A DNA stretch of 51,743 bases from Eremomyces bilateralis CBS 781.70 (taxonomy: Eukaryota): NCBI GenBank assembly GCA_010015585.1, contig ML975158.1. The stretch is one strand, 5' to 3'. The notes under the pieces were generated by a model. It did no database searches and was not told the origin of the DNA. It was given only the letters and a program-made list of their open reading frames with translations. This document shows positions 24,485 through 35,509 of the stretch, piece after piece. Numbering within the stretch: the stretch's first letter is position 1; each line of letters opens with the position of its first letter. Made by a program: the position numbers and the translations under genes.

Positions 24485-27001
24485 ATGGCACCTCCTATTG
24501 TTCACCAAGTGGATCTCAAGACCGCTAATATCCAAGTCGATCAGGAGAAATTAGGCCAATTGAAGAATCCGCTGTTGGACGAAATTGATAAGTTGCGTCT
24601 GCAGCATATTGATCGATTTATTCCGCTCCCGCAGCTCGTGGTCTGCGGCAATCAGTCGTCCGGCAAATCTTCTGTTCTTGAGGCTATTTCAGGCTTCAAG
24701 TTCCCTGTGAAGGCAGGGCTCGGGACAAGGTGGGCAACCGAGCTAATCCTGCGACGGTCTGACAAGTGCAGTTCTACAGTCGAAATTCAGCATGCTTTTG
24801 GAAATACCATCCCTACGGGACACTTTGACCCTCTCTTTCAGACGTTTTATAATGCAGACTCCTTCGATGGCATCGCCGAAGCTATGCAACGCGCACAGGC
24901 ACGCCTTAAAGAAAATGGGCCCAAAGACAAAATGTGTGAAGACATACTCAGAATCAAGATTCAAGGACCAGATTTGCCACATCTGAGTCTTGTCGACCTT
25001 CCCGGTGTCATTGGATCCGCTGATGATGCGCTGAAGAAAAGCATTCCATTCGCTTTCATGAGAAAGTACTTAAGGAATCCTCGGGCCATCATTATGGCTG
25101 TAGTAAATGCGGCTGTTGACGTCAATACCAATGATATCCTTGATGAAGTGAAAAAATTCGACCTCCACGAACATCGAACGATTGGTATCATAACGCAGGT
25201 CGATCGATGCGACAATCGCGACAGAGAAGAAGATTATTTGAGATTGGCGATGAATCAACATGAGACTGCGCAATACACACATGGCTGGCACGTTGTGAGA
25301 AATCGAGGTTCGAAAGAAACGGACTACACCTCTCAAAAGCGAGACGAAGTTGAGAGAAGGTTCCTGGAGAGAGGTATTTGGGAAGAGTTGGATTGGAAGA
25401 ACAAGGGGATAGATTCGTTGCGAGTCCGCTTAAGCGAACTCACTCAGCGGGTCGTGAATCAAAACCTAGGCCCAGTGATTGCGGATATCCAAAAGGAGAT
25501 CGACAAGGCCCAGAAAGACCTCGAACAACTTGGACCATCGCGAGATGGAGACGAAGAAATGGATAAGTATCTTCGATCGCTTGCCGAGGAAATGCGACTG
25601 TTCATCCGCGACGCCAGGGTGGGAGTCTGGATTGAGTCATTCTTCACTTCTGCACGTGGAGGAACGTCTCATAGAAACCTTCGCGCCAAGGCGCAAATTA
25701 TCGGGGAGAAATTTAGAGATGACATGCTCTTAAATGGCAAATCTTTCCTAATACTTGACTCGAAGTCAGGAGAGAAACACGAGCTCCACACCGAGGCCAT
25801 TGCACAAGCAACTGAAATCAGTCGGGAATTCAACACAGGGCATCCGCCTGGAGTATTCCAAAACCCCCAGGTCGTGTCTCAATTGTACTTGCGGCTTGTC
25901 AAGAACTGGAAGGGTATTATGCAAAACTACCAAGATGAAATAAATAAGGCGGTCTGGGACTTTTTCCAGGAAATCATCAAGTCTCGAACTGACGATCACG
26001 TCGCGAAGCGGATCATGGATGGGATTGTTGCGCCAGCCTTATTGGAGCGTAGAAAGAAGCTTAGCAGAGCGTGCAACGGTTTCTATGCACCACATGAAGA
26101 AGGGCTGATCGCCACATTCGACTTGAATTTCAAGGACAAAATCAGGAATCTTAAGCAATCTCGCCTGGGAGACGCCAACGACGAAACCAAAACACTGGTC
26201 GACACTCTGGAGTGCACCTTGGCGTTCTATGAGATCAAACTTCCAACATTTATTGACAATGTCACTATGTTGGGTGTGGAGCGGTGTCTTCTTCACAAAC
26301 TTGAGGATATCTTTTCCATCAAGAATCTAGATGCGATACCTAAGAGTGATCGGCTCTACCTCGTTGAAGAACGAGTTGATTCAAAGTCCAAGAGAAGGGA
26401 TCTTACTAAAAAGCTAGAAGCACTCGAGACGGGGCTCATTGATCTCAAGAATCTAAGAAGCACGGGGCTAGCATTTCCAGATAGTGAGTGACTAGAAATA
26501 TCAGACCCCGAACTTATCTGACAAGAGCACAGACCCGCCGGATGTGGAAGAACAGGTTAGAACACAACAGTGGGACCATAAGAAAGAACAGCTTTTTGAA
26601 GTGGAAGAAGCATCAGGTATGATGCACACAGACCCTCCAAATAGACTCCTGCTAGTAACTGATCAGAAGTAGTTAAGTCCAAGATCTCGAGTGAGCTTGG
26701 CCCTCAGACCACACTCAATACTCCGTCGAGCTCCACCGATCCACAACCATTCGATTTTAACGGAAATACGACACATGCGCAGCCGCTCACAGGCGACTTT
26801 CAAAGGGCGAAGCAGGCCATTGGAATGTCCACAAGTCCAACTGCCCCCAACCTTACCGGGAATACACCAAAGCCGACAGCGTCGACATTGTTAACGCCAA
26901 GCAAATGTTCTCAGAGTCGTCGTTCTCGAAGGGATCTCAATATTGGCTATAAGGCTGGAAAATCATTTACTGTGCCTGTAGACCAGGAAGAAGAACTATG
27001 A
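24485..27001 (+). CDS. Mx-like dynamin-related GTPase (GTPase, middle and GED regions) with spliced C-terminal tail
   Basis: LPQLVVCGNQSSGKSSVLEAISG, TRWATE, LVDLPG, RTIGIITQVD, HGWHVVRNR. Phase-compatible introns 26484-26532 and 26617-26672 extend the frame to TGA at 26999-27001. Start taken as the first ATG in front of the conserved region. Confidence 0.88.
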
Positions 27002-27487
27002 AACGAGCAAACCTGGCGTTCTCACAATAACATCATAGTACATCGGGTGTCTTAATATAATAAGTGTCCCGGCCTCTCAGGCGTCCTAGGGCCTCAGACG
27101 ATTGATTTGTTGGTTGATTAATTCATAGGCTGTCCCAACCGTCCTAGTGGTAGCTATGCAGCGTACAGCTATAAATATGGTGCTCCCGCCCTTCGCTTTC
27201 AGAAATCAAGCCGCTCCCGTCAGAGTTGCATCCTCTTCCTCTGCTCTGAACCGTTGCACTTTGCTCGGATAGCTCTTCTACATCTATATACTTGTCAGGC
27301 CTTTCCTGGCCCTCCTCTGCTTCTGTATACCGTTAATCACTCGTCCTCACTAGGTGCATTTGAGTACTGTGGACGGAACTGCCCGGAATTGCTCCAGGAG
27401 TCCAGTCCGTAGGATTAGGACAAATGAAGTACCAGGACGAACCTGTCTCAGGTCACATGTACGAGGACATTTTCACCATTGTTTAAC

Positions 27488-27830
27488 CTTATACATCCCA
27501 CGTGTCGTCGGACCGTTGATCTCGTCGCCAGTGGCTCGCTCATACACAAGCCGATATATTTTCCAGTATGTGCCCATAGAAATGGCCAGTTTGGTCCCTC
27601 GAAGTCGCCGTCCCTCCTTCCCGCGGCGCTGGCTGAGCAGCCAGTGGAAAAAGTTGTGCAATACGTTGATTGATATGGCTTGGTACATCTTCTTGGTGTC
27701 TTTTCCGGTATAGGCACCGTATCTATCCAGTATCTATCCAGCGTCAGAGAAATACAGCAATAGTTATGGAAGAGAAGGCTAAGCTACTTACTGGTATCAC
27801 TGTGCTTCGCTCCGTTCAATCTGCCGTCAG
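27488..27830 (-). pseudogene. N-terminal relic of a DUF3435 tyrosine recombinase (Starship captain)
   Basis: Two exons: IERSEAQ*YQ|YGAYTGKDTKKMYQAISINVLHNFFHWLLSQRRGKEGRRLRGTKLAISMGTYWKIYRLVYERATGDEINGPTTRGMYK. This matches the recalled captain motif NFFxWLL...GRR.RG.K....GTYWK..RLVYERATG. In-frame TGA at 27797-27799; the catalytic domain is absent. Confidence 0.75.
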
Positions 27831-28839
27831 ATTGTTTAAATGGGTGATTCCTCACCAAAATCTCGAAATTTTGCTACATTTTCGGGGCTTTTAACTTTAC
27901 TTGCTTAACTATATAAAAGTTTAGTTATTCAAGTTAAGAATTAAGGCATTGTAAAATGAAAAGTGTTAACTTAACTATGTTTATTAATAATTAGTGGCTG
28001 ATTTTAGAGGTCGAAAGGCGCGACTTTTGGTGAGGCTTTGGTGAGGCATGACCAGACTTCTGTCCTGTTAGTACCATCCTGGTGGAGCAAACTGCCCAGT
28101 TGGCAACTACAGACAGCCATAGTAGGGAGGGACAGTGACGTGACTCCGCTATTGACGGATGAGTTCGGGTTCTGTAGTAGTTAGATCTATCGAGAATGAC
28201 AGATAGTATTGTGTGGTAGCAAAGAGATGTTGGTCCCCAACCGCTTGTTCCCTGTGAGACACGCAACGGATGAGATGGTTGCCGATCTTGGTGAAGAAGG
28301 CCGGTATGTCACTTTAGGCATGAATCAAATTAGGAACAACTGCATATTGACTAGGACTGCGACTGGCTTTCCTGATTGCCAATCGATAAAGCACAATCTC
28401 ATCGAATAAACATCCTGAGACAGCAACGTTCCGTGCAGGAATACAGGTCTTCTTCGTGGAAAGTAAGTCAGTGTGCTTGGTACCAGGTTAGTTACAGCAC
28501 TGTATGTGGCACCTCCCAGGACGCCAGTTCGAAGCGCCATTAGAATAGAGCAATGCAAGGAGTAATGATGTTTCCTATTGTTGAGATAGATCGGGAAGAT
28601 GTCACATCAAGCAGATACCATTAATTATCTGATGTTGACCTCCAGAGCTGACTAATCCTAAAACGGAATAGCGGCGGGACACTTCATCCTTGACAATCGG
28701 AGGTTGGAAACGCCGATCAAGATTGATATCAAATTATTATCAAAAGAATCAAAGATGCATTTCCCGCACGCAATATTTTTCCCCCACTGCCACCTGACAG
28801 CTCGACCGCGTTTGACGATCCCAGCATCCCGTCGTTTAC

Positions 28840-30174
28840 ATGGACGCGGAGGCCTATCTTAAAAGCCATGGCTGGCAAGGTGCTGGACATTCCCTCGACC
28901 GAACCGGCCGTGGCATCAAAAAACCTCTCCTCATCTCGCAGAAAGACAACGTGCTAGGATTGGGGAAACCGAAGTCGCTGACGAGCGATCAGTGGTGGTT
29001 GCGAGCGTTCAATGACTCGTTGAACGATATTGGTACCGGGAAACAAGTGCGTGGGCAATTCCTGTTAGCCGTCTGGCTTGGGTACTAATTGGGAGAACAG
29101 AGTGCACTCTCGCAGATTCGAGAAGGCGGCGTTAGGAGGGGTGGACTCTACGGGTTCTTTGTGAAAGGCGAGAGTCTACACGGAACTATTCACGAAACCT
29201 CTATCGAAGCTGCTCTATCCACTATATCCACAGCCGCTGTACCGAAGCCAGCCTCTGCCGATACCTCGAAGCGGAAGCGCAAAGCTGCGGACTCGTCACA
29301 AGGCGACACACGAAAGCGAACGAAGATGGACCGAACGGAGCGAGCCCATCTCAACGACTCGAGCAGGAAAGACGAGACCAAATCGAAGGACGTTCCGGAT
29401 CGCGCCGTGGAACAACGGCAGAGGAAGGAGCGGAAACTCAATCGCCGAGTGAAGCGTCTGATCAAGCAAGAAATGGCCGAGGGGAAATACGGTCTCGCTC
29501 CACCGCATCGGAGTCACTCTTCAGATGAAGCAAAGGCTGCTAAGGAGTTGAAGAAGGAGGCGAAGAAGGCTCACATGAAGCGTCTGTGGGTGGAGTACTT
29601 CCCTGAGGAGAAATATGACGAGACTGGAGAAGAAGAGTTGGTAGAGGAAGACGAGAAGAGGGAGAAGAAGAAAAAGGGGGAGAAAGAGAAGAAGGAAAAG
29701 AAAGAGGAGAGAAAGTCGAAAGCACCAGCGATGAACGGCGTCCTGAATCTGAAGCCTGAGGAGCCCGAGAATCCAACGCTGACCGAATTTCAAGCCTCTC
29801 GTGCCACCGCGCTCCAGCACCGCGCCCCATCCCCCACATCCAAATCCGCCACCCGGCCCGAGAAGCGCAACTGTTCAGCGGACCCATCCTCACGCACGTC
29901 GAAGAAGAACCGCCGAGAGGAGAAACCAGCGCACGTCGACTCAAGCGCCGCGCTGTCGACGAAGCAGCAGAAACGCTACGCTGCGCGTGCAGCGGAGAAG
30001 GGGATGGCGCTAGAGACGTACATCGCGCGTCGCGAGGCGAAACGAGTCGGAGCGGGGGCGAAAGGTTCGGGGAATGGGCACGGCCATGGGGATATCACGA
30101 GGGACGCGAAGAGTGCGCCGATTTGCTTTGTTGATGTTGTTGGGGAGAATCCGGGGAGACGCGAAGGGCGTTGA
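28840..30174 (+). CDS. G-patch-like Lys-rich nucleolar protein (TMA23-like), 2 exons
   Basis: MDAEAYLKSHGW...GIKKPLLISQK...GLG...DQWWLRAF; intron 29047-29100; LYGFFVKGESL; KKE-rich tail. Confidence 0.8.
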
Positions 30175-30542
30175 TGGTGATCCGGTTACGATCGATGTCG
30201 GATTCGACGGCCAGGGGCTCCGGTTTGGGTTGTAGGGTTGTTGGAGTGGTTTTGGCATGTTAGTAGACGAGATAGATAGAATGGTGCTGATGAGTGTGAG
30301 CGAATCCAGACAACTGTTCATATTATGCATTCCGTGCTGTGACTATAGCTATGGAGTGCTATAAATGACTGGGCCCTAGGTAGTCTGGATGCAGAACCCG
30401 TCGTTATGTGAAAGTATTATGGTGTGGTATCAATCATCGCTCAACTGCCTCCCCACCCAAACGCCATATCACACCCGTCAAAACAGTAACATCGCACAAC
30501 CCGTCCGCAACACAGACGGGTATCAAAAACCCCTCTGTCAAA

Positions 30543-33500
30543 TTAAATCCTTCCCCCCCTCACAATCTCCCGCCCCACTACCTCCATCTCCCCACTCTCC
30601 GCTGTCCGCCGCCGCTCCACCACCCAATGAAACTCCCCACCCTTCCCTCCGTCCGCCTCGCGCACGTACGACACCGTGTCCGCTCCGCTGCCGCTACCGC
30701 TGTGCGCATGCGATGGCGACGTCGGGGATGCGTAGGTCGTGGGGCTATAGGGCGGGGGTTGGGGGAGGGGTTTGAGGGGCGGGGAGGAGAAGAGGGGGGC
30801 GGGGGTGGGGAGGGAGGGGATGGAGTCGTTGCTGATGGAGCTGCTGGGGGAGAAGCTGGTGGGATGGGGTGGGGAGGTGGAGAGGTTTGCGGGTGCGGTT
30901 GGGCTGTCGGGATCGGATTCGCCGTGCGCGGTCGGTGGGTGAAGGAGGACGACATCGGTGGCCGTGGGGTCTTTCACGAGCCGCGGCCGCTCTTCCTCGA
31001 CGTCATACCCCACCACCCCGCCGTCGCTCCCCTCATCCCCCTCCGCATCAACATAACTCAACCCCGAAACCATCGCCCCAAACCGCGGACTCCCCCGCCT
31101 CCCCCCCACAGGACTCACCCCAAACCCGCCCCCCGTCGTCGCAATCGGACTGCCCCCCCGCGATCCCCCGCCGTGGCTCGACCCCGCACTCCCCAAACTG
31201 ACCTCGCTAGCTCCAAACGCGCCGCGCCGGAGCCGCATCAGCTGATTCAAGCTCATTTCCTCCTCATCCCAACCAATCTGCGCCAGCTGCGCGAGGCCAG
31301 GGCTCGCCACCGCCGCCGTCGCCGCCGCGGGGCCCAGCACGGCGTTCGCGCCGCTCATGAAGCTCCCTACACTCGCGAACGAGTTCCGCGTGCTCTGCTC
31401 GCTGCGCTCCGTGATGGGCGTCAAGTTCGGTTCGCGGACGCTACGGGAGCGAGCGACGGGGTCGATGCCGCGGGGAGCAAAGACACCGCCGATGCTGGAG
31501 GCTTCGGTGACGGCGGCGGGGCCGAGCTGGGCGGAGGAGGCGTAGAAGCCGAATTCCCGGCCGTATTCGCCGTCGGAGTCGTAGGCGAGGGCTTCGGCGT
31601 TGGCAGCGGCGATCATGGGATCGGAGGCGAGGGACGGATCGAGGTCGGAGTCGTAGTCGATGAAGAGCTTTCCGGAGAAGGGGTCGGATGGATCGTCAGA
31701 GTCCGAGAAGAATCCCATGGATGAGGGCGTGAAAGAGACGGTGTGGGGTGCTGGTGGGGAGACTGCCGTGGATAGGCTGAGGTGGCCGGAAGAAGGGATG
31801 AGGCTCGGACGGGAGGAGAGGGATGGGTCGGACCGAGCGGGAGAATGGCCTTCATCTCTATCTGCCTCGAAGGAGGACGAGGCCTGAGAGGTGCTGAGGT
31901 CGGTAGCGTCGGAGTGCTGGCCGGCAGCTGCGTTCTCAGGGACGGGGACATCGATACTGGCCTTGCGAGTGAAACGGCCGGAGTCCGCAGCACGGTTAGC
32001 AGCTTCAGCCAATGCTCCGTGGTAGTCTGACAACGTCGCGAAGTTGGTGCTCATTTTCAACCGTGGCTTTGCATTTTGTGCAGCCCGTCTGATCCCACCG
32101 CTGTGGGACTCGCTGCCGATAAAGCCACCCGGATCTAAAGTGGACTCCTTCTCTCCAACCGGCGGCACCCGTCCCTTATTGAACCTTTGATTCAACGGGT
32201 GATCCGGATCGTCAAAGATCGACTCGTCGAACTCGCTCTCTCCAACCTCCCCCATCACCCCGTCGTCAAAATACAGGTTCTCGTCGCCGAAATCCGACTT
32301 GAATCGACGGCTTTGGCTACCCGAGGGTTGCAGGGAGGTCGTTGGGAAATTCGAGATCTGCGTGCTCGGGTCCATGGTCACTTGGATGGCGCCGTCGGAG
32401 CCATTGATTTCCAGTCCCTGGGCGGTGAATGTAGTATTCGACTGAGGTTGGTCTGGCGCGTCTGCCAGCGGTCGGCCGCCCAGCACGTTTTCAGCCGTCC
32501 CATACATAGAACCGTGCGTTGGAAGTCCGTTGAAGGGATGCTCGCTCCCCACGGCACTCGAAGCGTTCCCATTCAGCATCACCGCGGAGACGTCGATAGA
32601 CGACTGATTAGCGATCCGATTATACGCCGCCATCTCATCCTCCTCATCATCGCAATTAACTCCAGGGATTTGCTCCTCGAAGTCATCGAACTCGTCCATA
32701 TCGTACATGTCATTGTAGTCGTCCTCCGCGTCCTCTCGCGAATCGTGCTTCGTGGCACGCGCGGCGGCTTTCTGCTTGTGTCGTTCCTCCAGGATCCGCT
32801 CTTGGAGCGCGGAGTCGCCGCTGCCCAACTGGAAGCTGAAGCGGGAGGCGTTGCTGGTTTTGTGGGGAAGGAGGCGGTGGAGGCTGGAGCTCGTGCGGGA
32901 ACTGGCGGTGGTTCGTTGGGAGAGGGTGTGGGAGGCGGTTTTGCGACTCTCGCGGGCTGACCCCGGGATCGATTCCACCACCTCCCAGGTTTCCTGTTCT
33001 TGGTCGACGAGACTGTGCGTTGGCCGCGATTCCGGCATTAGAGTAGGAGACGGTGACTTTCTAGGTACCGGCGGAGGCTCTCGCTCGGGGGGTGGGGGCA
33101 GCATCGAATTTCTCGCAATGAAGTTCTGGTTTGCAAGCGCTTCGGCTCGAACCCCGGATTGTGAGTTGTCCAGGCTCGGTTGTTCGTCGAAATGTTCTCG
33201 AAAAACCGGCGTGTGCTCCATATCCGGCCGCAAGTCGGCGGCGCGTCCATCAGCGCTTCCGCGTCTTGTGTTTGTCCTGGATTCCTCGGATGATGGTGCT
33301 ACGTGTCCGACGTTGTTCGACGATATGTTCCGCTTGGGCCTTGGGACGCTGAAGTCATGCACACCTTTGCCAATAATTCGAGGATCATAGTCGTCTGGTA
33401 AATCCGGTACCGTCCGATTCCGACGGCTCACAAGGGAGTCGTCGGCCAATTCCAGGACCGCTCCTGAACGTCGCCGCAAGAGCAACGACATGGGGTTTCG

Positions 33501-34160
33501 CAAGTTAAGTTTTGTCCTCCCCTGTTTCGCTGAGATTGGCTGTGGAGGCGGTGGTGGCAGAGGAGGAAGTTGCTTGGAGGAAGACGGTCGTTCTTGGGGC
33601 GCAGCATCTCGAGAAGTGGTAGGAGAGAGATACAGGCTTGATGACGGTACTGGCGGTAATTCACGATCCCTTTCTTGTTGCGTGTCCCTTGGCTGGTAAG
33701 ACGGTGTTTGTCCAAACGTATATTGTCCACGATTTCGAAAGCCTGTCGTTCCTGGGGTATACGATCTCCTTGCAGCATCTTGGCTTCTCTGCATTGTTGG
33801 TCGAGGATCCGCTTTCGGTTCGCTTTCAACCCTCTCTAGAGGCTCCATCGGCCGTTCCTGCAATGTGGGCAGCATCTCCTCCGCATCCCCTCTCCGGTTC
33901 GACGACTGATCATTCCCGGATGTTGGTCGAAACGCATTCGGGGCTTGCGATAGGGATGACGGACCATGCTGCGACGCGACCCGAGGAATGGGGGGGAGAA
34001 TGGGCGGATATGGCGATATCGGCGAGTGCGCGGAGGTAGGTTGCGATTCGGAGATGCCCAGACCAGATAGCGGTGCAGCGAAGGAGTCGGGGGGAGCGGC
34101 GGAGTCGGGAGAAACAGGCGTGGAGCCGGAGCGTTTATGGGAGCGGAGGTAGGAGAACAT
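30543..34160 (-). CDS. Conserved fungal hypothetical protein, 1205 aa, largely low complexity
   Basis: Long intronless ORF with conserved-looking islands NPMSLLLRRRS, LPDDYDPRIIGKGVHDFS, EPNLTPITERSE and WVVERRRTAESG. Confidence 0.8.
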   Translation of the reverse strand: MFSYLRSHKRSGSTPVSPDSAAPPDSFAAPLSGLGISESQPTSAHSPISPYPPILPPIPRVASQHGPSSLSQAPNAFRPTSGNDQSSNRRGDAEEMLPTLQERPMEPLERVESEPKADPRPTMQRSQDAARRSYTPGTTGFRNRGQYTFGQTPSYQPRDTQQERDRELPPVPSSSLYLSPTTSRDAAPQERPSSSKQLPPLPPPPPQPISAKQGRTKLNLRNPMSLLLRRRSGAVLELADDSLVSRRNRTVPDLPDDYDPRIIGKGVHDFSVPRPKRNISSNNVGHVAPSSEESRTNTRRGSADGRAADLRPDMEHTPVFREHFDEQPSLDNSQSGVRAEALANQNFIARNSMLPPPPEREPPPVPRKSPSPTLMPESRPTHSLVDQEQETWEVVESIPGSARESRKTASHTLSQRTTASSRTSSSLHRLLPHKTSNASRFSFQLGSGDSALQERILEERHKQKAAARATKHDSREDAEDDYNDMYDMDEFDDFEEQIPGVNCDDEEDEMAAYNRIANQSSIDVSAVMLNGNASSAVGSEHPFNGLPTHGSMYGTAENVLGGRPLADAPDQPQSNTTFTAQGLEINGSDGAIQVTMDPSTQISNFPTTSLQPSGSQSRRFKSDFGDENLYFDDGVMGEVGESEFDESIFDDPDHPLNQRFNKGRVPPVGEKESTLDPGGFIGSESHSGGIRRAAQNAKPRLKMSTNFATLSDYHGALAEAANRAADSGRFTRKASIDVPVPENAAAGQHSDATDLSTSQASSSFEADRDEGHSPARSDPSLSSRPSLIPSSGHLSLSTAVSPPAPHTVSFTPSSMGFFSDSDDPSDPFSGKLFIDYDSDLDPSLASDPMIAAANAEALAYDSDGEYGREFGFYASSAQLGPAAVTEASSIGGVFAPRGIDPVARSRSVREPNLTPITERSEQSTRNSFASVGSFMSGANAVLGPAAATAAVASPGLAQLAQIGWDEEEMSLNQLMRLRRGAFGASEVSLGSAGSSHGGGSRGGSPIATTGGGFGVSPVGGRRGSPRFGAMVSGLSYVDAEGDEGSDGGVVGYDVEEERPRLVKDPTATDVVLLHPPTAHGESDPDSPTAPANLSTSPPHPTSFSPSSSISNDSIPSLPTPAPLFSSPPLKPLPQPPPYSPTTYASPTSPSHAHSGSGSGADTVSYVREADGGKGGEFHWVVERRRTAESGEMEVVGREIVRGGRI

Positions 34161-34353
34161 GTTGGGAGAGGTTATGCGTTTACGGAGGATCGGAGGTCAG
34201 CCTCCCAGCCCGTAGGCTGAATCTCGTACTAACAAAGCCAGTTGAAAGCCGAGTGAGGGGTGCTGGTTGAAGATTGGGGGAATGGGATTTGATCAAGGAC
34301 ATCCCTTGTGTAGAGACGGAAAAGCCGTGTATGAAGTATGTTTATGTTGAGGA

Positions 34354-34391
34354 CAACATGTGAGGGCAACATGTGAGGGCAACATGTGAGG
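34354..34391. repeat. Tandem repeat, 3 x CAACATGTGAGG(G)
   Basis: Directly visible 13 bp unit about 200 bp upstream of the 1205 aa gene. Confidence 0.9.
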
Positions 34392-35509
34392 ACCACCACG
34401 GTGTAAAGCACGGCTACGCATGAAGGGTGGAAAGTGACATGAAACCTGAAGATGTCGTCAGCAATGGGTGGAACGAGCGGGCGGAGGAGAGTCCCTACCC
34501 AGTCAGCTCAGGGCGGGTCAATGACCCCGAACGCGGTATTGCTTACAATTGAACGTGCACTGGGTTACTGGGTAGCATACTCCAGCTGACAAGAACAATT
34601 GTCGGGAGAGTCTCGTTCGATCTACAATGTTGTAGGAGGCTTAGATATTCCATGAATAGATGAACCGAATGGACGCAGTGGATGTTATGTGAAGTTGCTC
34701 AGTTAGAAGATATTGGCCTGAGGCGACATCAGGCAGCCACATTATTTATATTCGATTGCCAAGTCCAAGTTCCAGTCTCGAAAGTTCATTATAAGGGATA
34801 TTCCACGATTGTCTCAACAGCCAACCATGATTGTTTATTGGGCTCTCTACTCGTATTCCTGCCTCTCTCTTCCAAGATGGATCGAGACTTGCATGATAAA
34901 ATGCTTGGTTTTTTAATTCAGTAACTGATTGTTATAATGTACACTGGAGTCCCTTCAAGTAAAACCCTAGAGTCGTTGATGACATAAGTTCCAATAATGA
35001 TGCCCTGGGGCCTGGCAGGCTGGCACCATGTATGGCTGGGAGCCTGGGACTATGGACTATGGAGGTATTGCCTTAATGTATTGATGCCTTATTTTCCGCC
35101 TTGATGCCTTGTATATCTGCCTGTGCTGTGCCAGTGCCTGTGCCAGTGCCAGTGCCGATCGCCGTCTGCTCCTTCCCCCTCTGCTCTTTCCCCGCTGAAA
35201 TCCTTCCAGATGCAATTTACGAGATCCGTCAAATCGCATGTTGCATTCCTCCCTTTTATCCCCCAATTCTATAATTCCTTCTACCACCTTGGCAATGCTG
35301 CCCAGACAATTATCTAGGAGACATCCAATTAACCGTCGGGATTGATCCTCTGCTCCATGCCAGCTCACCTTGCGGTCGTGTCCCCTAACTCTCCCTCGCC
35401 AGCGCATCGTGTGATCTAGACTCCGTAACCTTCGCTTTCTCGTCTTCATGTTGTGCGACACCCAAATTCCTCACGAAAACCACTTGCATTCCCTTCCCCG
35501 ATAGCCATC

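Larger units (their letters stand above)
17302..28122 (-). mobile_element. Putative derelict mini-Starship (tyrosine recombinase element), 10.8 kb
   Basis: TAGGG direct repeat at 17297-17301 and 28123-28127; inverted ends CTATGGCCGTC (17311-17321) and GACAGCCATAG (28112-28122); inverted subterminal CCTCACCAAA motifs; DUF3435 relic as the first gene from the right end. Confidence 0.6.

Noticed and set aside
28200..28470. Intron-like signals suggesting a gene relic right of the element
   Set aside because: No recognisable protein and an in-frame stop.
30408..31724. 438 aa plus-strand ORF (and the 352 aa minus ORF at 36701-37759)
   Set aside because: Antisense frames kept open by GC-rich skewed coding sequence.
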